This document shows, piece by piece, positions 1 through 13,051 of a DNA stretch of 55,782 nt; position 1 is the stretch's first letter, and each line of letters opens with the position of its first letter. The DNA is taken from contig JBDLHX010000003.1 of assembly GCA_039715165.1 (NCBI GenBank), positions 1 to 55,782 of the forward strand, in the 5' to 3' direction. Under the pieces are notes generated by a model that ran no database searches, had not been told where the DNA came from, and saw nothing but the letters and a program-made list of their open reading frames with translations. The DNA is from Actinomycetota bacterium (GTDB taxonomy: Bacteria > Actinomycetota > Acidimicrobiia > Spongiisociales > UBA5794). The translations under genes and the position numbers were made by a program.

Positions 1-462
1 CTTTTCGACGGCGATCACCGGCTCCGTCTTCGTGTCCCCGCTCGGACCGTTCGTCCCATTCGACTGCTCGTGCACGGTCGGTCGGACCGGCGCTGTGCGG
101 ACGGTCGGCACAACGTAGGTCTCTTCGAGGACGACCAACTCCACGCCACCGACGACGTCGGAGATGAGGTTGTAGAGAACGGCTCCCAGCGTGAGGATCC
201 CGGTCATGGCACCAAAGAAGACGATCGCGAAGAAGACGATCGCGCGGAAGTAGAGCTCTCCATTCGCGTTGAAGACGAGCGAGAAGTTGGCGAAGAGCTC
301 GGTGACCTTGTCCGGAATGCCCCGCTGGACTGCGAGCGACCACATCACCCAGACCCCGAGGACGAAGACGAGGGCACCGATCGCGTTGAGGACGATCGAG
401 ACCTTCAGTACCGTCCAAGGATCGACCTTCCGGACGACGCGCCGAACTCGTCTGACTGCCAT
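1..462 (-). CDS. DUF3566 membrane protein, 3' end runs off the window
   Basis: Hand translation from ATG at 462: MAVRRVRRVVRKVDPWTVLKVS...LYNLISDVVGGVELVVLEE. The DPW and YNL..GG motifs and the position downstream of gyrA are typical of actinobacterial DUF3566. Not in the ORF track. Confidence 0.85.
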   Translation of the reverse strand, partial: MAVRRVRRVVRKVDPWTVLKVSIVLNAIGALVFVLGVWVMWSLAVQRGIPDKVTELFANFSLVFNANGELYFRAIVFFAIVFFGAMTGILTLGAVLYNLISDVVGGVELVVLEETYVVPTVRTAPVRPTVHEQSNGTNGPSGDTKTEPVIAVEK

Positions 463-477
463 GAGACGAGTGTAGGA

Positions 478-541
478 ACAAGTAGCAAGACACAAGTAGC
501 AAGACACAAGACTCGCCGCCTGCTTCTTGCTGCTTGCTACT
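478..541. repeat. Heptamer tandem repeats, two inverted blocks
   Basis: (aacaagt)(agcaaga)(cacaagt)(agcaaga)(cacaaga), then the inverted block (tgcttct)(tgctgct)(tgctact). Confidence 0.8.
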
Positions 542-557
542 GCCGGCGACGCCGGCC

Positions 558-3500
558 TCAGTCGCCGTTCGTTGGCACCAGGGCCACCGCTGACAGTTCG
601 GCGTCGGAGTCGAGGCTCACGACCTTCACTCCGGTCGACTCTCTCCTCTGTCGGCTGATCTCCGACACGGCCTGGCGGATCACGATGCCGTCCGACGAGA
701 TCATGAACACCTCGTCGTCGGGAGTCACGGCCCTCGCCGCAACGAGCACACCCCTCACACGGGTGAGCTTCATGGCCTTCACGCCCATGCCACCCCGGCC
801 CTGACGCCGGAAGAGATCCATCTTCGTCCGCTTGCCGTAGCCGCCGTTCGTGAGGAGGAGGACTTCGTCGCCCTCCTCGGCGGTCGTTCCTGCGACGACC
901 TCGTCACCGTCACGCAATCTGATGCCGCGAACACCCTGCGAGGCCCGACCCATCGGGCGGACGTCCTGCTCGGTGAATCGGATCCCCTGACCCTTCTTCG
1001 TGAACATGAGGAGGTCGCTGTCCCCGTTGGTTGCTCGGACGTCGACGACTTCGTCACCCTCCTGAAGCTTGATCGCCACGAGGACCTGGTTCCGCGAGTC
1101 GTAGTCGGAGAACTTCGTCTTCTTGACCTGCCCCTGCTTCGTGAACATCACGAGGTACTGATGGGTCTCGTAGTCGCGGGTGTCGATGACCGCCTCGATG
1201 ATCTCGTCCGGATCCATCGGGAGTACCGATTGAACGAGAACACCCTTTGCGTTGCGGTCCTTGCGCGGGATCTCATGTGCCCTGACGCGGTAGACCTTGC
1301 CCTGGTTCGTGAACACGAGCAGATACGCGTGGGCCGACGTGTGGATCACGTGCTCGATGACGTCGTCTTCTCGCAGAGCGGCGCCGCGCACCCCGCGACC
1401 GCCCCTGCCCTGCGTCTTGTACGTCTTGGCGAGGACCGACTTGACGTAGCCGGCAGCACTCACGGTCACGACGAGTTCCTCGTCGGCGATGAGATCTTCC
1501 AGCGACATCTCCCCCATGTCCGGGATGATCCGGCTCCTCCGCTTATCCCCGAACTTGTCGCGGATGACGGTGAGTTCCTCGCCGATGATCGCCCGGCGCT
1601 TGTCCTCACTCGCGAGCAGCGCCTCGAGATCAGCGATCGTTGCCTGGAGGTCCCCGTACTCCTCGCGAAGCTTGCCCGTCTCGAGAGCGGTGAGCCGACG
1701 GAGAGGCATGTCGAGGATGTGGTTCGCCTGGACCTCGGAGAGTTCAAATCGCTCCATCAGCGCTTCACGAGCCGCCGACACGTCCTCAGACGACTTGATG
1801 ATCTCGACGACCTCATCGATGTTGTCGAGGGCGATGAGCAGCCCCTCGACGATGTGGGCTCGCGCCTTTGCCTTCGCGAGACGGAACTTGCTTCGCCGCT
1901 CGATGACCTCGAGCTGGTGCCCGATGTAGTAGTGGACCATCTCCGCAACGTTGAGCGTGCGCGGAACGCCGTCGACGAGGGCGACCTGGTTAACGGCGAA
2001 ATTCTCTTCGAGCTGGGTCATCTTGAACAGCTGATTCAAAATGACCTGCGGGTTCGCGTCCTTACGGAGTTCGATCACGAGACGAGTTCCATCCCTGTCG
2101 GACTCGTCCCGAAGGTCGGCGATGCCGGTGATGATCTTCTTCCTCACCAGTTCGGCCGTCTTCTCCATGATCCGGTCCCGTGAGACCTGATACGGGATCT
2201 CGGTGGCGATGATCGCGACCCGTCCCCTCTGCATCTCGACGATGTCGGTGACGGCCCGCATCTTCACCGAGCCGCGTCCCGTGGCGAGTGCCTGCTTGAC
2301 GCCGCTCATGCCCACGATGTAGGCGCCGCTCGGGAAGTCGGGGCCCTTGACGAATTCGGAGAGGTCGGCAACGGTCGCTTCCGGATGGTCGAGGCCGTAG
2401 AGCACGGCGTCGACGACCTCGGTGAGGTTGTGGGGCGGGATGTTCGTCGCCATGCCGACGGCGATGCCGGTGGAACCATTGACCAAGAGGTTCGGGAACC
2501 GGGCAGGGAGCACGTCCGGCTCTTCCCGCTCCCCTGAGTAGTTGTCGGACCAGTTGACGGTGTCTTCGTCGATGCTCTCGAGGAGATGCGCCGCAATAGG
2601 TGACATCCGCGCCTCGGTGTTGTGGTTGACGAAGCCGTTCCCCAAGAACGCGTGATCTTCGGACTCGACCCGGAGGGAGTACACGGGCTGCACGCCGGCG
2701 CCCTCGACTGTCGAGACCGTCGCGTAATAGAACCCGTGATCGACGATGTGTGTCGCGATCCTCCGGACTTCTGGGTCGGCGATGTGATCGAGAATCTCCT
2801 CCCCGTCGCGCTCCCACCGCTCGACACGGTCGATGTTGTGCTTCTTGAGCCACTCGAGCCCACCTCGACCCGCCTCGGAGCGCAGGTAGTCGGCGAGGAA
2901 CGGAATCTCTGCGTCTCTTCGATTGGCCAGGCAGACGTTGGTTTCGCCATTGCTGAAGTGGCTGAGGTTCGCAACGATCCCGCACTCGAGGAGCAGGTGT
3001 TGGAAGTCGGCAGCGAGGCGCTCGCTGCGGGTCGACAACAGAATCTCGACCCCACTCGTCCCTCTCTTCGACGACAGCAAACCGCCACCGACAAGGGCCT
3101 CGACGTACTCCTTCTTGGCTTCCGGATGTGCCCTCCAGACGGCTTCGGGAACAGCGCCAGACGCGTCGCTCTGGATCGTCTCTTCCGCCAGTGCGATTGC
3201 CTCTTCGCGGCTCAGATCATCTCCACCGTCTCCAGCGTTGTCGGGCCGGGCCATGGCGACCCGATCCCCCGGCTCGATCTCCTCGAGGAGCTTCCAGAGG
3301 AGAACAGGGATGCCTTCCACCGAAGTGAGTGTCAGAACCGGGTGATTCCGTGTCCCGGTGAGTTCGAAACCCTCCCGGGTGGCGAGCCGCAGCGTCGAGT
3401 GGTTGCCGCTGTGGAAGAAACGGTCGGCGACCTGCGGATCCCCTCTCCTACCGAGCACCTTGAGCGAGACGGCGTGATCCGATTCTTCGGCGGCATTCGG

Positions 3501-3932
3501 AACGATGTCACGAATGAGGACCGTCCCCTCCGTCGTGCGGATGCGGGTGTCTCCGGTGACGCAGTAGCGCATGGCCGCTGCTGGGTCGTCGACGGTACCG
3601 AAGTTGCCCTGCGGCTGGATGAGCGGGCTCCTCATCGAGAAGTCCTGTCCGAGACGCACCATGGCGTCGTAGACGGCCTCAGGCGAATGAGGATGGAACC
3701 AGCCGACGACGTCGCCGACCACGCGGGCGCACTTACGGAACGGGGTCCCCGCCCGAATGCCTGCGTCGTGCATGGCGTAGAGGATCCGCCGGTGAACCGG
3801 CTTCAGCCCGTCGCGCACGTCGGGGAGCGCCCGCGACACGATGACCGACATCGCATACTCCAGGAAGGAGTCCTGCATCTCCCTCTCGATGTCGATCTGA
3901 GCGATCCTGCTCTGCTGTTCTTCGTTCGGCAT
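558..3932 (-). CDS. gyrA: DNA gyrase subunit A, intein-containing precursor (1124 aa; about 809 aa after splicing)
   Basis: [21 protein letters not shown]|TEAR catalytic Tyr, [18 protein letters not shown], GyrA-box QGRGGRG, C-terminal pinwheel repeats. Confidence 0.98.
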   Translation of the reverse strand: MPNEEQQSRIAQIDIEREMQDSFLEYAMSVIVSRALPDVRDGLKPVHRRILYAMHDAGIRAGTPFRKCARVVGDVVGWFHPHSPEAVYDAMVRLGQDFSMRSPLIQPQGNFGTVDDPAAAMRYCVTGDTRIRTTEGTVLIRDIVPNAAEESDHAVSLKVLGRRGDPQVADRFFHSGNHSTLRLATREGFELTGTRNHPVLTLTSVEGIPVLLWKLLEEIEPGDRVAMARPDNAGDGGDDLSREEAIALAEETIQSDASGAVPEAVWRAHPEAKKEYVEALVGGGLLSSKRGTSGVEILLSTRSERLAADFQHLLLECGIVANLSHFSNGETNVCLANRRDAEIPFLADYLRSEAGRGGLEWLKKHNIDRVERWERDGEEILDHIADPEVRRIATHIVDHGFYYATVSTVEGAGVQPVYSLRVESEDHAFLGNGFVNHNTEARMSPIAAHLLESIDEDTVNWSDNYSGEREEPDVLPARFPNLLVNGSTGIAVGMATNIPPHNLTEVVDAVLYGLDHPEATVADLSEFVKGPDFPSGAYIVGMSGVKQALATGRGSVKMRAVTDIVEMQRGRVAIIATEIPYQVSRDRIMEKTAELVRKKIITGIADLRDESDRDGTRLVIELRKDANPQVILNQLFKMTQLEENFAVNQVALVDGVPRTLNVAEMVHYYIGHQLEVIERRSKFRLAKAKARAHIVEGLLIALDNIDEVVEIIKSSEDVSAAREALMERFELSEVQANHILDMPLRRLTALETGKLREEYGDLQATIADLEALLASEDKRRAIIGEELTVIRDKFGDKRRSRIIPDMGEMSLEDLIADEELVVTVSAAGYVKSVLAKTYKTQGRGGRGVRGAALREDDVIEHVIHTSAHAYLLVFTNQGKVYRVRAHEIPRKDRNAKGVLVQSVLPMDPDEIIEAVIDTRDYETHQYLVMFTKQGQVKKTKFSDYDSRNQVLVAIKLQEGDEVVDVRATNGDSDLLMFTKKGQGIRFTEQDVRPMGRASQGVRGIRLRDGDEVVAGTTAEEGDEVLLLTNGGYGKRTKMDLFRRQGRGGMGVKAMKLTRVRGVLVAARAVTPDDEVFMISSDGIVIRQAVSEISRQRRESTGVKVVSLDSDAELSAVALVPTNGD
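2619..3563 (-). mobile_element. GyrA intein (315 aa) with degenerate LAGLIDADG endonuclease remnant
   Basis: Starts with Cys (CVTGDT) directly after Tyr123; block B TRNH; ends FVNHN followed by +1 Thr. Same insertion site as mycobacterial GyrA inteins. Confidence 0.96.
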
Positions 3933-3944
3933 GTCGTGGCGTCC

Positions 3945-5900
<1,956 letters not shown>

Positions 5901-5961
5901 TCAGTGGGGGCTACTGACACCGGTGTAATCATAGCCGAATTCGTGCGAAAACCTTGTCATG

Positions 5962-6309
5962 TCAAGGCTTTCCGCCTCGTACGTCCCCCTCGACGCGGAA
6001 GCGCACGGACCGCACGAGATCGGCGCCGAAATGCTCGGTAATCGTACGGACGAGGTTCGCTGTCTCGTAGCGGAGAAGGCTCGCATCCGACCCCGTTGGA
6101 ACCTCCACGAGCAGAACCTGTTCGCGCACTCCGATCGGCCGCGAACGACCTCTCCAGCGATCAGGAACGATCTCCTCCCAGGAGGCGACGAGTCCCGCGA
6201 TACCCAGGTCCTTGCTGGCTCCGGCGCTCTCGATGATCGCACCGAGGAGATCGTCGATCGGTTCGGGTTCTCGGCGCTCCGGCCCGGGGCTGTAGTACTT
6301 CGCTCTCAT
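5962..6309 (-). CDS. dciA: DUF721/DciA family helicase-loading protein
   Basis: Lies between recF and gyrB with an ATGA overlap; W..IV motif and LLVEV..S strand. Confidence 0.8.
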   Translation of the reverse strand: MRAKYYSPGPERREPEPIDDLLGAIIESAGASKDLGIAGLVASWEEIVPDRWRGRSRPIGVREQVLLVEVPTGSDASLLRYETANLVRTITEHFGADLVRSVRFRVEGDVRGGKP

Positions 6310-7391
6310 CGTATGAGGCTCCTTCCGTCGACGGCCCACCGTCGTCCGGCTGCTGGAACCTCATCTTCTCTCGCGGTTGTGACAAAAACCTGTCCTCCGT
6401 CGAGCAGCGACATCACTCCGGCGGAGTGTGCCGGATCGAGTTCGGAGAAGACGTCGTCGAGGAGCAGCATCGGCGTGGTCGTCCGGTGGGCACTCAGCAC
6501 CCGGTAGGCGGCGACGCGCAAGGCAAGGGCGACGGTTCGCTGCTCCCCCTGACTCGCCATCGTCCGAGCCGGCCGACCATCGACGACGAGGCCCGGGTCG
6601 TCCCGGTGAGGCCCGGCGCTCGTCAGACGCTGGTCGAGGTCCCGTGGCCGCCTCTCCTCGAGTGCGCGGCGCAGGGTCTCCTCATCGCCTCCCCCGTCCA
6701 GCGTGGCTCCCCAGTTCGTCGAGTAGCGCCAGGTCAGCGTCCCCCGCTCGCCGACAAGCCGGTAGGCCTCCCCGAGCGCAGCGTCGAGCGTCTCGATCAC
6801 ACGTGCCCGGTAGCCGAACACGGCGGCGCCTGCCGCGGCGACGCGCTCGTCCCATACGTCGAGGGTCACGGGATCGGCTCGTCTTCCTTCTTGCTTCAGC
6901 AGCGTGTTGCGCTGCCGGACCGCACGTTCGTAGTCCTGCTGGTCGGCTCCGGCCTGTGGCCAAAGCTGTGCTGAGAGATCGTCGAGGTAGCCGCGACGAA
7001 GGCCCGGGCCCCTCTTGACGAGGTCGAGATCGTCCGGTTGGAATGCAACGAGGGGAACCTGGGCGAGGACATCCCTGTTGCGTTGCGGCCTCTTCCCATT
7101 CACGAGAACCCGCCGGCGCCCGCCCCTCGGGATCTCGACCTCCACGCGAAACGTTCCGGAGGCGGTCGTGAACTCCCCCCGAATCACGGCTCTCTCCCCG
7201 CCTGCTCGGATCACAGCCTCGTCGGGAGTTCCCCGGAACGACTTGAGGAGACCGAGATACGCAGTCGCTTCGAGGATGCTCGTCTTCCCCGCTCCATTTG
7301 ATCCAACAAGCACGTTGATGCCCGGCTCTGGTTCGAACCTGAACGTCTTGTAGCAGCGGGTTTCGGTGAGTTCGAGCCAGGAGAGATACAT
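6306..7391 (-). CDS. recF: DNA replication/repair protein RecF
   Basis: GSNGAGKT, GPHRDD, ASQGEQR, LLLDDVFSELD. Confidence 0.97.
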   Translation of the reverse strand: MYLSWLELTETRCYKTFRFEPEPGINVLVGSNGAGKTSILEATAYLGLLKSFRGTPDEAVIRAGGERAVIRGEFTTASGTFRVEVEIPRGGRRRVLVNGKRPQRNRDVLAQVPLVAFQPDDLDLVKRGPGLRRGYLDDLSAQLWPQAGADQQDYERAVRQRNTLLKQEGRRADPVTLDVWDERVAAAGAAVFGYRARVIETLDAALGEAYRLVGERGTLTWRYSTNWGATLDGGGDEETLRRALEERRPRDLDQRLTSAGPHRDDPGLVVDGRPARTMASQGEQRTVALALRVAAYRVLSAHRTTTPMLLLDDVFSELDPAHSAGVMSLLDGGQVFVTTAREDEVPAAGRRWAVDGRSLIR

Positions 7392-7441
7392 GTCTTCTCC
7401 TCCCGGATCGACAGTTCGATCGTTGTGGTTGCTTGGAGTCC

Positions 7442-8521
7442 CTAGAGGCGGACCGGCATGAGGAGATACCGGAAGTCCTCGTCCCCCTTGCCGTGCAGGA
7501 GGCCCGGCTTGAGAGCATCGATCGTCTCGAGAACCACCGTATCGGAGTCGATCGCGCTCACTCCATCGGTGAGGTAACGCGTGTTGAACGCAATCGTGAT
7601 CTCTTCGCCTTCGTACACACCTTCGATGTGCTCGGTCTCCTCGCCCACCTCTTGGCGGATGACGCTCAACTCGACACCACCCTCGTGGAGGTTGAGGCGC
7701 ACAGGGATGTGATCCTCTGCGACGAGAGCAGCCCTGCCGACGGCTTCGAGCAGGTTCTCCCTCGCAACTTCGAGGCGATTCGGATACGAGTCGGGTAACA
7801 GCTGACGGTACTTCGGGAACGTGGCGTCGATGATCCGGACCGTCAAACTTCCCTGGTCGGTGACGAATGCCGCCTCCCTGTCCCCGAGCGCCACCTTCAT
7901 CGGCCCGTCTCCAACCGTCCGTCCAAGTTCGCGCAGCGCTCGATAGGGAACGAGTTTCGTACCCGTTGCACCGATGCCGAGCACGTCGCGCACAGCCAGT
8001 CGATACGAGTCGGTGGCGACGAGACGAAGCCCTCCTTCGTGCTCCTCGAAGAGCACGCCCGTGAGCGTGGGCCGTGCCTCATCGGTCGAAGCGGCGATCC
8101 CTACCTGCCCAAGCGCCCTTACGAGCGTCTCACCGACAACGTCGATCGTCTCGGCGGGAAGCGTGTCATCGATGGAGGGGAAGTCCCCAACGCTCAGCTC
8201 TCTGAGACGGAAGCGTGGTCCATTCCCGGTGATCTCCACCTCTCCGTCGGCGGCGGTCATCGACACGGCCCCCGTCGGCAGCTTCCTCACAGCGTCGGCC
8301 GCGAGCTTGGCTGGGATGACCGTGGAACCGTCCTCGAGCGCCTCAACCTCGAGGTTCGTCCGGACGGTGATCTCGTTGTCCGTGCCGGTCACGCGCAGGC
8401 GCCCGTTCTCGACCTCGCAGAGCAGACCCTGGAGGATCGGAAGTGGAGAACGGCTTCCGACCGCCCTGCCTGCCCTCGTCAGGACGTCGGCGAGATCGTC
8501 ACGTTCGGCTCGGATACGCAC
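7442..8521 (-). CDS. dnaN: DNA polymerase III beta sliding clamp
   Basis: ATDSYRLA, AFNTRYL, C-terminal YLLMPVRL; GTG start at 8521. Confidence 0.96.
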   Translation of the reverse strand: MRIRAERDDLADVLTRAGRAVGSRSPLPILQGLLCEVENGRLRVTGTDNEITVRTNLEVEALEDGSTVIPAKLAADAVRKLPTGAVSMTAADGEVEITGNGPRFRLRELSVGDFPSIDDTLPAETIDVVGETLVRALGQVGIAASTDEARPTLTGVLFEEHEGGLRLVATDSYRLAVRDVLGIGATGTKLVPYRALRELGRTVGDGPMKVALGDREAAFVTDQGSLTVRIIDATFPKYRQLLPDSYPNRLEVARENLLEAVGRAALVAEDHIPVRLNLHEGGVELSVIRQEVGEETEHIEGVYEGEEITIAFNTRYLTDGVSAIDSDTVVLETIDALKPGLLHGKGDEDFRYLLMPVRL

Positions 8522-8708
8522 AGTTGTTCTTCCTCTGCTTCTTGGTTCTTTGAAATTCAAACGGTAGTGGTAGTAGTAGGTGCTGTGGATTGTGGAGAAA
8601 CCCACGAAATCGTTGTCTCGAACGGCTTCCCCGGTCCACATGGTATGTGGGAAAAGACAGCGTAATCAACAGGGAAGCAATCGGGAAGACGGGAGGTGGG
8701 GATAACGC
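8522..8708. other. oriC: oriC unwinding region: tandem DnaA boxes, DnaA-trios and an AT-rich stretch
   Basis: Minus strand reads TTCTCCACA-ATCCACA-GCAC-CTACTACTACCACTAC (8599-8564), the same layout as the B. subtilis basal unwinding system; extra box TTATCCCCA near 8697-8705; located between dnaA and dnaN. Confidence 0.9.
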
Positions 8709-10079
8709 TCATGTTGTCCTCAGGCGCTGTGCAAGGTCTGTGACCTGGTCGAAGACCTCCATGTCGGTGCGTAGGAGAGTCTTCACTTTCTCGACCGCGT
8801 GGATGACGGTCGTGTGATCGCGGCCGCCGAAGCGGGCACCGATCTTCGGCAACGAGAGATCCGTGTATTCCCGGCAGAGATACATAGAGATCTGACGTGA
8901 ACGCGCGAGCGGTTGTTTCCTGCTGGGACCGATGAGGTCTTCGGTCGTGGTCGAGTAGTAGTCGGCCGTGATCTGGAGGATCCGGTCCGGGGTCGGCGGG
9001 GTCGACTGCTGCATGCCGACGATGTCGGAGAGCACCTCCCGGGCCATCGTCAGTGTGATCTTCTCATTCGTGAGCGACGCAAAGGCGGTGACCCGTGTGA
9101 GTGCGCCTTCGAGTTCCCGAATGTTCTGGTGAACGTTCTCAGCGATGAACGTCATGACGTCCTGGGGGACGGGGGAAGGGGCGAACTCGGCATTCTTCCT
9201 GAGGATCGCGAGCCGCGTCTCGACGTCGGGGGTCTGGATGTCGGTGAGAAGGCCCCATTCGAAGCGGCTCCTGAGGCGATCCTCGAGCGTCGAGAGGTGC
9301 TTCGGGTGACGATCGGAGCTGATCACGACCTGCTTGCCGGCCTCGTAGAGGCTGTTGAAGGTGTGGAAGAACTCCTCGAGGATCTGTTCCTTGCCTTCGA
9401 AGAATTGGACGTCGTCGAGGAGGAGCACGTCGATCGTGCGGTAGCGCTCCTTGAACTCGTCCATGCGCTTGCGGCGAATGCCGTTGATGAACTCGTTGAA
9501 GAACTGCTCAGACGAGACATATCGGACGACGGCGCTCGGATTCATCTCGATGCGGTGATGACCGACCGCGTGCAAGAGGTGTGTCTTGCCGAGACCGGCG
9601 TTCGCGTAGATGAAGAGAGGGTTGTAGTGGCTGCCGGGTTGCTCGGCCACGGCGAGACAGGCGGCGTGGGCGAAACGATTCGACTGGCCGACGACGAAAT
9701 TGTCGAAGGTGTACTTCGGTACGAGGCGCGGGTCGTTCGCAGACGTGCGCCTCGGGTTCGCCGGGTCGATCGGAAGAGCGCCTTGCACCGGATCGGGAAT
9801 TGAGGGGGCTTCGATCGGAGGCTCGGCCGGGGATGGGACGACCGAGAGCGTCACTTCGAGGCCGAGGGTGTCCTTCGCAGCTTCCTTGAGGGCCGGGAGG
9901 TAGCGGTCCCCGACCCAGCGGTAGTGGAAGTCCGTCGGTGCGATGAGGTGGAGATTGCCCGACTCGATGTTCGAGTCGAGCGGTTCGATCCACGTCTGCC
10001 ATGCTGCCGGCGTCACCCGGCGACGAACCTGCTGGTGGAAGGTGTCCCACTCCACAGTGGACGAGCGTGCTTCTTCCAC
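8709..10079 (-). CDS. dnaA: Chromosomal replication initiator DnaA
   Basis: [43 protein letters not shown]; GTG start after GAGGAG. Confidence 0.98.
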   Translation of the reverse strand: MEEARSSTVEWDTFHQQVRRRVTPAAWQTWIEPLDSNIESGNLHLIAPTDFHYRWVGDRYLPALKEAAKDTLGLEVTLSVVPSPAEPPIEAPSIPDPVQGALPIDPANPRRTSANDPRLVPKYTFDNFVVGQSNRFAHAACLAVAEQPGSHYNPLFIYANAGLGKTHLLHAVGHHRIEMNPSAVVRYVSSEQFFNEFINGIRRKRMDEFKERYRTIDVLLLDDVQFFEGKEQILEEFFHTFNSLYEAGKQVVISSDRHPKHLSTLEDRLRSRFEWGLLTDIQTPDVETRLAILRKNAEFAPSPVPQDVMTFIAENVHQNIRELEGALTRVTAFASLTNEKITLTMAREVLSDIVGMQQSTPPTPDRILQITADYYSTTTEDLIGPSRKQPLARSRQISMYLCREYTDLSLPKIGARFGGRDHTTVIHAVEKVKTLLRTDMEVFDQVTDLAQRLRTT

Positions 10080-10109
10080 TCGTGCCTCTCCTCTCAAAAC
10101 TGTCAATGC

Positions 10110-10145
10110 CCTGTCCACACACCTATCCACAGGGTGTGGAGAAAC
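10110..10145. promoter_or_regulatory. DnaA box cluster upstream of dnaA
   Basis: ctgtccaca, ctatccaca and tgtggagaa within about 35 bp. Confidence 0.8.
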
Positions 10146-10550
10146 CTGTCAATACTCCGTCCTGGCCCGCCCTCACAACGGTTCCGCCAAGCGGCCCTCC
10201 ATGGGGAAGTGCGGTCGACGATGCGCGAGCGGCGGCGAGTATATGGCCCCCTCGAGAGGACCGGCAAGACGGGGAAATCCTGCCCTTCGGGGGGATCGAA
10301 GGTACCGATCGAGGAGAGAATCCCTTACACCGCACGGGTTCTCAAGGATGGCAGAAAGTGGAAGGATCTCCGAACGGCCACGAGATGGCCTCCTGGGATG
10401 TTTCGCGAGCAAGATCGGAATTTCGCGTATCGTGGTGCGTCTTCGCGTTCTCGACAAGCGCCCATCGATATGTGGGTGATCGGGGTACACTCGCATCCTT
10501 CGTCAACTTCCCGGTCGCGCCGCGACCTCCTAGTCCGGGGACACCTCACT

Positions 10551-10685
10551 ATGAAGCGCACTTACCAACCAAACGTGCGACGCCGCAAGCGCAAGCACGG
10601 CTTCCGCTCCCGCATGCGCACTCGTGGCGGACGCGCCGTCATCAAGCGCCGTCGCCTCAAGGGCCGGAAGCAGATCACTGCCTAG
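10551..10685 (+). CDS. rpmH: 50S ribosomal protein L34
   Basis: [44 protein letters not shown]. Confidence 0.98.
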   Translation: MKRTYQPNVRRRKRKHGFRSRMRTRGGRAVIKRRRLKGRKQITA

Positions 10686-11022
10686 GCACGGGCGACCGTA
10701 CGTCTCTCTCCGACCCTCACACCGATTCGCGGCCGTCTTCGACACGGGTGAATCTGCCAGAGTTGGAGGGGTCAAGGTGATCCGAGCAGCGGGGACCGAC
10801 GGACCGCCGCAGGTCGGAATCGTGGCATCACGAAGGGTCGGCAACGCCGTTCAGCGCAATCGCGCGAAGAGGCGAATCCGCGAGGCGCTCCGCTTTGCTG
10901 AGCTACTCCCCGATTCGGCATACGTCGTCGTATCGAGCCCGAGCGTCTCCACCACGTCGTTTGAACGGCTTGTGCAGAATCTGAGAGAAGCGATCGTGGA
11001 CGTGAACAAGGAGAGCCGATGA
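10678..11022 (+). CDS. rnpA: Ribonuclease P protein component (start uncertain: CTG 10678 or GTG 10624)
   Basis: [27 protein letters not shown] motif; follows rpmH. Confidence 0.9.
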   Translation: MPRHGRPYVSLRPSHRFAAVFDTGESARVGGVKVIRAAGTDGPPQVGIVASRRVGNAVQRNRAKRRIREALRFAELLPDSAYVVVSSPSVSTTSFERLVQNLREAIVDVNKESR

Positions 11023-11312
11023 ATACCGAGAGTCAGGCGGCCCCGTCACCGGGTGCTCGACTCCTCATGGGCGGCGTCCGCTTGTATCAGAAGGCCCTTT
11101 CTCCCGTGCTGGGTGGGAATTGCCGGTATTATCCCTCCTGCTCGGAGTATGGGTACGACGCGATTCGTCTCCACGGCGCCGCTCGCGGATCGTGGATGGC
11201 CGTCAAACGCATCGGACGTTGCCATCCGTTCCACGAAGGTGGATTCGACCCGGTCCCCGAGCCCGATCAGAACGAACACAAACACAACACGAACGCTGGG
11301 AGTGACGCGTGA
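11019..11312 (+). CDS. yidD: Membrane protein insertion efficiency factor
   Basis: [24 protein letters not shown]. Confidence 0.95.
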   Translation: MNTESQAAPSPGARLLMGGVRLYQKALSPVLGGNCRYYPSCSEYGYDAIRLHGAARGSWMAVKRIGRCHPFHEGGFDPVPEPDQNEHKHNTNAGSDA

Positions 11313-12193
11313 ACCCCTGGACCCTCCTCCAAGACCTCCTCGGTGGAGTCCTCAACTTCTTCTACCAGATTTTACCAGCCGGTATGCCGGACCTCGTGGG
11401 CCGATTGGGCGTGGCGGTCATCTTCCTCACGCTCGCGATCTCGCTCGTCATGTTCCCCTTGACGCTCAAGCAGACCCGCTCGATGAAGGCAATGCAGGAG
11501 ATTCAGCCGGAGGTCAAGCGCCTCCAGAAGGAGCTCAAGGGAGAGAAGGAGGAGCTGAACAAACAGCTCATGGAGCTCTACCAGGAGCGTGGCGTGAACC
11601 CCGCTGCCGGGTGTCTCCCAATGATCGTGCAGATGCCTATCTGGTTTGCGTTGTTCTCCGTACTGAGGAGTATCCAACCTCAAGACGACGGATCCGTCAC
11701 CTCCAAGTACATCGGTGACGGAGTCGAGCACATCCAGACCTCTTTCTTCGGTATGGATCTCACGCTCTCGCCGAGCGCAGCCGTTCCGGAGGCGATCCGG
11801 AGCGGAGACTTCCTCATCGCACTCCCCTACGTGCTTCTTCTCGTGCTCATCGTCGCTGCCGGGTACTACCAGCAGATCCAGACGACACGCACGAAGAAGG
11901 ACAATGGAGATCAGTCCCAGACGGCCCAATCGATGCAGAACGCGATGAAGGTCATGCCGATCTTCTTCGGTTTCATATCGTGGACATTGACATCCGGCCT
12001 GGGAATCTATTTCGCCACCTCGAACCTCTTCCGGATTGGCCAGCAGGCGCTCATTCTCCGGTTGGACGAGGGCGGAGACGATGACGAAAAGCCGGCGAAG
12101 CCGGGCGAGCCGTCGCCCGACGAGGGCGAGTCCGAGCGCAAGGGCCCGTCGCCGCATGCCAGCAAGAAGAAGAACCGCCGCAGGAGGAATTAG
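11309..12193 (+). CDS. yidC: Membrane protein insertase YidC
   Basis: [29 protein letters not shown], several TM segments. Confidence 0.95.
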   Translation: MNPWTLLQDLLGGVLNFFYQILPAGMPDLVGRLGVAVIFLTLAISLVMFPLTLKQTRSMKAMQEIQPEVKRLQKELKGEKEELNKQLMELYQERGVNPAAGCLPMIVQMPIWFALFSVLRSIQPQDDGSVTSKYIGDGVEHIQTSFFGMDLTLSPSAAVPEAIRSGDFLIALPYVLLLVLIVAAGYYQQIQTTRTKKDNGDQSQTAQSMQNAMKVMPIFFGFISWTLTSGLGIYFATSNLFRIGQQALILRLDEGGDDDEKPAKPGEPSPDEGESERKGPSPHASKKKNRRRRN

Positions 12194-12196
12194 ACG

Positions 12197-13045
12197 ATGG
12201 ACTGGGTGGAAGCCACCGGAACGACAATTGAGATCGCCGTTGAGGCTGCGATGGCCGAATTGGGCTTCGAATCGCGCGATCAGGCCGATGTCGAAGTCAT
12301 TCAAGAGCCAAAGGCCGGGTTCCTCGGCGTCGGCTCGCGTGCTGCAATCGTGAAGGTATCGCGGAAGCCGCGACGCAAGAGTCGCCGTAGCCGCCGCAAG
12401 CCGAAGGCTCAAGAGAACCAGAAGACCAACCGGAAGCCCAAGAGCGACAAGGGTTCTCGGGCGACCAGTGGGTCGAAGTCGGCAGAGAAGAAGAAGGGCA
12501 GAGCCCCGAAGGAGCGGCGACCGATGAACGATGAACAGAAGGTAACCGAGCCAAAGCGCGAGAAGCCCGACCTGTCGATCGAGGATCAAGCGGCGGTGGC
12601 GGGGGAGTTCCTCACCGGTCTGCTCGACGCATTCGGTCTCGAAGGAGATATCCAGACGCGGATCGAGGACGAGGTCCTCTACCTCGACGTCGTCGGTGAG
12701 CAGACCGAGGCGCTCGTTGGTCCGAAGGGCGCGACGATGCACGCCGTGCTCGAACTGACACGCACCACCGTCCAGCGAAGGACTTTCGGCGCTCCCCGCA
12801 TGCGGATCGACATCGCCGGATATGGGACGCGACGTCGCGAGGCGCTCACGATCTACACCGGCAAGCTCGTCGAGCAGATCAAAGAGAGTGGCGGCGAGGT
12901 CATGCTCGAGCCCATGAATGCGGCCGACCGCAAGGTTGTTCACGATGCGGCAGCGACCCACGGGGGCGTGAGAACGTACTCGGAGGGCGAAGATCCTCGC
13001 CGTGCCGTCGTTATCGCCGCCAACGAGGAGAGTGAAGAGGCCTGA
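12197..13045 (+). CDS. jag: RNA-binding protein Jag/KhpB (Jag_N, KH, R3H)
   Basis: VEATG.T.E.A N-terminus, LVGPKG KH loop, MNAADRKVVH R3H motif. Confidence 0.93.
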   Translation: MDWVEATGTTIEIAVEAAMAELGFESRDQADVEVIQEPKAGFLGVGSRAAIVKVSRKPRRKSRRSRRKPKAQENQKTNRKPKSDKGSRATSGSKSAEKKKGRAPKERRPMNDEQKVTEPKREKPDLSIEDQAAVAGEFLTGLLDAFGLEGDIQTRIEDEVLYLDVVGEQTEALVGPKGATMHAVLELTRTTVQRRTFGAPRMRIDIAGYGTRRREALTIYTGKLVEQIKESGGEVMLEPMNAADRKVVHDAAATHGGVRTYSEGEDPRRAVVIAANEESEEA

Positions 13046-13051
13046 TCCCGG

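Noticed and set aside
7406-7421. LexA box candidates before recF (gatcgacagttcgatc) and near 53180 (gaacactcggttc)
   Set aside because: Neither fits GAAC-N4-GTTC: one has the wrong half site and the other has N5 spacing.
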